A program made the translations under genes and the position numbers. A stretch of DNA of 64,000 nucleotides from Podarcis melisellensis (Eukaryota), in NCBI GenBank assembly GCA_964234715.1, contig OZ174282.1; one strand, 5' to 3'. Shown here one piece after another: positions 61,478-64,000 of this stretch. How positions within the stretch are numbered: the stretch's first letter is position 1; every line of letters starts with the position of its first letter. The notes beneath the pieces were generated by a model that worked only from the letters and a program-made list of their open reading frames with translations, had not been told where the DNA came from and ran no database searches.

Positions 61478-62418
61478 CAAAAGGAAAAGGAATTGGATGG
61501 GTGGAGGAGAAAAGCAAACTCAGGCACTATTTTGTAGTTACAGAATTCTTGTAATGGTCGGTTAGAATGGAAAGATTTCAAGTATAAGAGGCACCAAAAG
61601 TTGATGATCTGCAGTTGCATCTCTCCCCTGCTCTCTAGCAGCCTGATGGAACAAGTGTTCCCTTTTGTCTAATAACCTCTTTCAAAGCCACATAAACACC
61701 ATTGGCATCAGCAATACATAGTAAAGAGTTTGCAGTACTTAGGGAAATAAGTGGTTTTGGTAGGTTGGGAAAACAAGATTTATGGCATCTCCCTACCATA
61801 GAGTTTAACAGGCATAATGAGGTGAGACAAAGAACGCTGTCTATTTGAGAGAGGAAACCCTTTAAAAGAACTGCTCAAACTTCATTAGATTTGTGGTTAT
61901 AATTTCCTTGTGTCCTTGCAATCACACTTCTAATCTGTAAATATTGAGAGAAAAGTACAAAATAGAAGAGGAATTAGGGGAAGAGATCTCCAAACTGCAG
62001 TCCCGGTTTCATGGGGCAAACAGGCCTGTAAAATGGACTCAAGGCTTTCTTGAGCAATGGCCTTGAAAGACAGCAGTTGTAAGATACCGTGTTAAGCACC
62101 ACCTTGGGTTTTTCTTCCTTTAATGTACCCACACAACTCTGAAAGATGCTGCTTTTGTTGTTATGAGGCCAACACAGACTCTTGTGGAACTGAAAATTGC
62201 CTTTAAAAAATATTGGCAAAATATATGAGGACACCCAAGGACAGTAAGCCGTAACAAGGTACCATTCCATGCACAAGTAATTAACTTGGGCTCTTTTGAG
62301 AATGGTGTGGAAGGAGGCACAGACAATGGACAGGGAAGTTGAAATGCATGCTGCTTGCGAAATATTGAAAAGGTGACGCCTGTCGTGGAGGGATGGCTAT
62401 GGCAGCCTTCTGCAACCT

Positions 62419-62540
62419 TGTTGTTGTTTAGTCGTTTAGTCATGTCCGACTCTTTGTGACCTCATGGACCAGAGCACGCCAAGCACTCCTGTCTTCCACT
62501 GCCTCCCACAGTTTGGTCAAACTCATGCTGGTAGCTTTGA
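62419..62540 (-). mobile_element. Bov-B 3' terminal fragment (~120 bp)
   Basis: (CAA)n tail plus gtttagtcatgtccgactc...catggaccagagcacgcc. 7-bp TSD gcaacct. Confidence 0.92.
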
Positions 62541-63669
62541 GCAACCTAGTGCCCTCTAGAGATTCTGGACTGCAACTCCCATCAGCCCCTACATCATATG
62601 GCCATGCTGCCTAGGCCTGCTGGGAGTTGTAGTCCAAAACATCCGGGTGAAGGAAAGCTTGGCCTACGGTGCCCTCCACCCTGGGAGTTTTATGCCAAAG
62701 GGAAGGTTGAGACACAAACTCTTCATTCAAGTCAGCTGTTTCCTGCAACGTGGAGGCTCTTTGCTGATTACTGGAATAATATCAAGCCAATTGGCGAGGG
62801 GGTGGGGGTGGAAACAGCAGCCTCACTTTAATCATTAAAGTGCTCTTTACGTAATGTCTAGAATGAGCTATTTTTCTGGGTCATATTTTAAGAGCCATGC
62901 ACAGAGTCTTCAGTTTCGTTTCAGTAAGTTGCTCTACAGCCTGCCAGTGGTGATGTGCTCCTGGCACTCGTCAGAAACATGCTTGCTTGCTTTGGCTTTT
63001 GGGGTCCATTAGCCCATCTCACTGCACTTTAGCCAGTTCTGGGGGCACTGCTGCCACCATTATTGATTGCTGCTTGTTGTATTGATTTTAATGAACTTGT
63101 ATTTTAGTGGGCTGCAAACTGCCTCAATGTTGTTTTTGGGTGAGGATAGGCGGTTTATAATTTGCTTCAAATGAAATTAAAACTATTTTTTTTTAAAGAA
63201 GAAGAATTTTATATACTGTATATTTAAAAATTGGGGGGGAAGAGGGGAATCTGAGCTACGTGGCACTCACAGGAGGTGCAAGAACTTTGGCTGCAGCAAA
63301 AGTCATTAGATTCCAGGGCTCCCCAGCCCTCTTTGGGGTAGTTAAGGAAAAGCGCAGCAACATAATTATTTGTTTAACAAAATTTATATACCGCTGGATT
63401 GCAATAAAAGCTCTAAGTGGTTTACAAGGAATAAGTACCTAAAATAAAGCCGCAGAAAGGTATGCAAAGGCAAGGCAGGTGAGAAGACAGTTCTGGCCCC
63501 CATAATTATTCCAGCCGTTCCTGTCTCATCTGGGCTTTCAAGGTCGTCTTTGCAGTTGTTTTTGGACACCATGTTCACAAGCAAGCCAGTGTTTGGAGGC
63601 AAGGATATCAGAGGCCAGCAGCCCCCAAACAGGCAAGGAATCTTCTTACATGCCCAGCTCAAATCCTGT

Positions 63670-63860
63670 GGTGTCAGATGATAAAGACTTACTTTGCATG
63701 CCAAAGGTCCCGGGTTCAACCCCTGAATTCCCCAGGTAGGGCTGGGAATGTCCCCTGCCCCAAACCCTGGAGAGCTGCTGCCAGTCAGTGCAGACAATAG
63801 TGCCCTAAATGGACCAATGGTCCGACATTAGAAGGCAGATTTCTACATTCCTATGTTCCT
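63670..63860 (+). mobile_element. Squam2-type tRNA SINE
   Basis: ctttgcatgccaaaggtcccgggttcaa...ccctggagagctgctgccagtcagtgcagacaat...atggaccaatggtc. Confidence 0.7.
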
Positions 63861-64000
63861 TTGCTTGTCCCTCTAAGGTAGAAGAAAGAAAGGAGGTGGT
63901 GTGAAGGAAGCCATGGTGGGTACCAAAAGCCAAAAAGGGCTTTTTTTAGGTGTGCTAGTTTAGCAGTTTTGGAGAGTCATAGGGAACTGCCTTAGATACT

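Overview
Vertebrate nuclear DNA, almost certainly from a lacertid lizard (Podarcis/Lacerta-type). The basis is recalled repeat families, not a database search: six Sauria SINE (Squam1) copies, five young tRNA-CORE SINE (Squam3-type) copies, Bov-B and other RTE LINE 3' ends, many CR1 and L2 fragments, hAT and Tigger-like MITEs, and a 199-N assembly gap (23535-23733). I cannot support any host protein-coding gene. The only ORFs with recognisable protein similarity are LINE fragments, and the rest look like chance ORFs. Between the repeats lie many repeat-free islands that keep their CpGs and are rich in homeobox, E-box and forkhead motifs. These resemble conserved non-coding elements, so the window may be a large intron or gene desert of a developmentally regulated locus (inference). 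No prokaryotic-type system (CRISPR, operon, defence island) is present, and I cannot demonstrate a new biological system. The best leads are: (1) a probable solo LTR with an internal inversion between 8-bp inverted repeats that restores an acidic Trp-rich reading frame when flipped back; (2) a perfect 41-bp fold-back at a Bov-B 5' junction; (3) a MITE family that carries a captured L2 tail; (4) a hairpin-rich unclassified insert with no target-site duplication (TSD); (5) three of three copies of one hAT MITE inserted in or beside SINE A-boxes; (6) a candidate 27-nt micro-exon in frame with an upstream CpG-rich exon.
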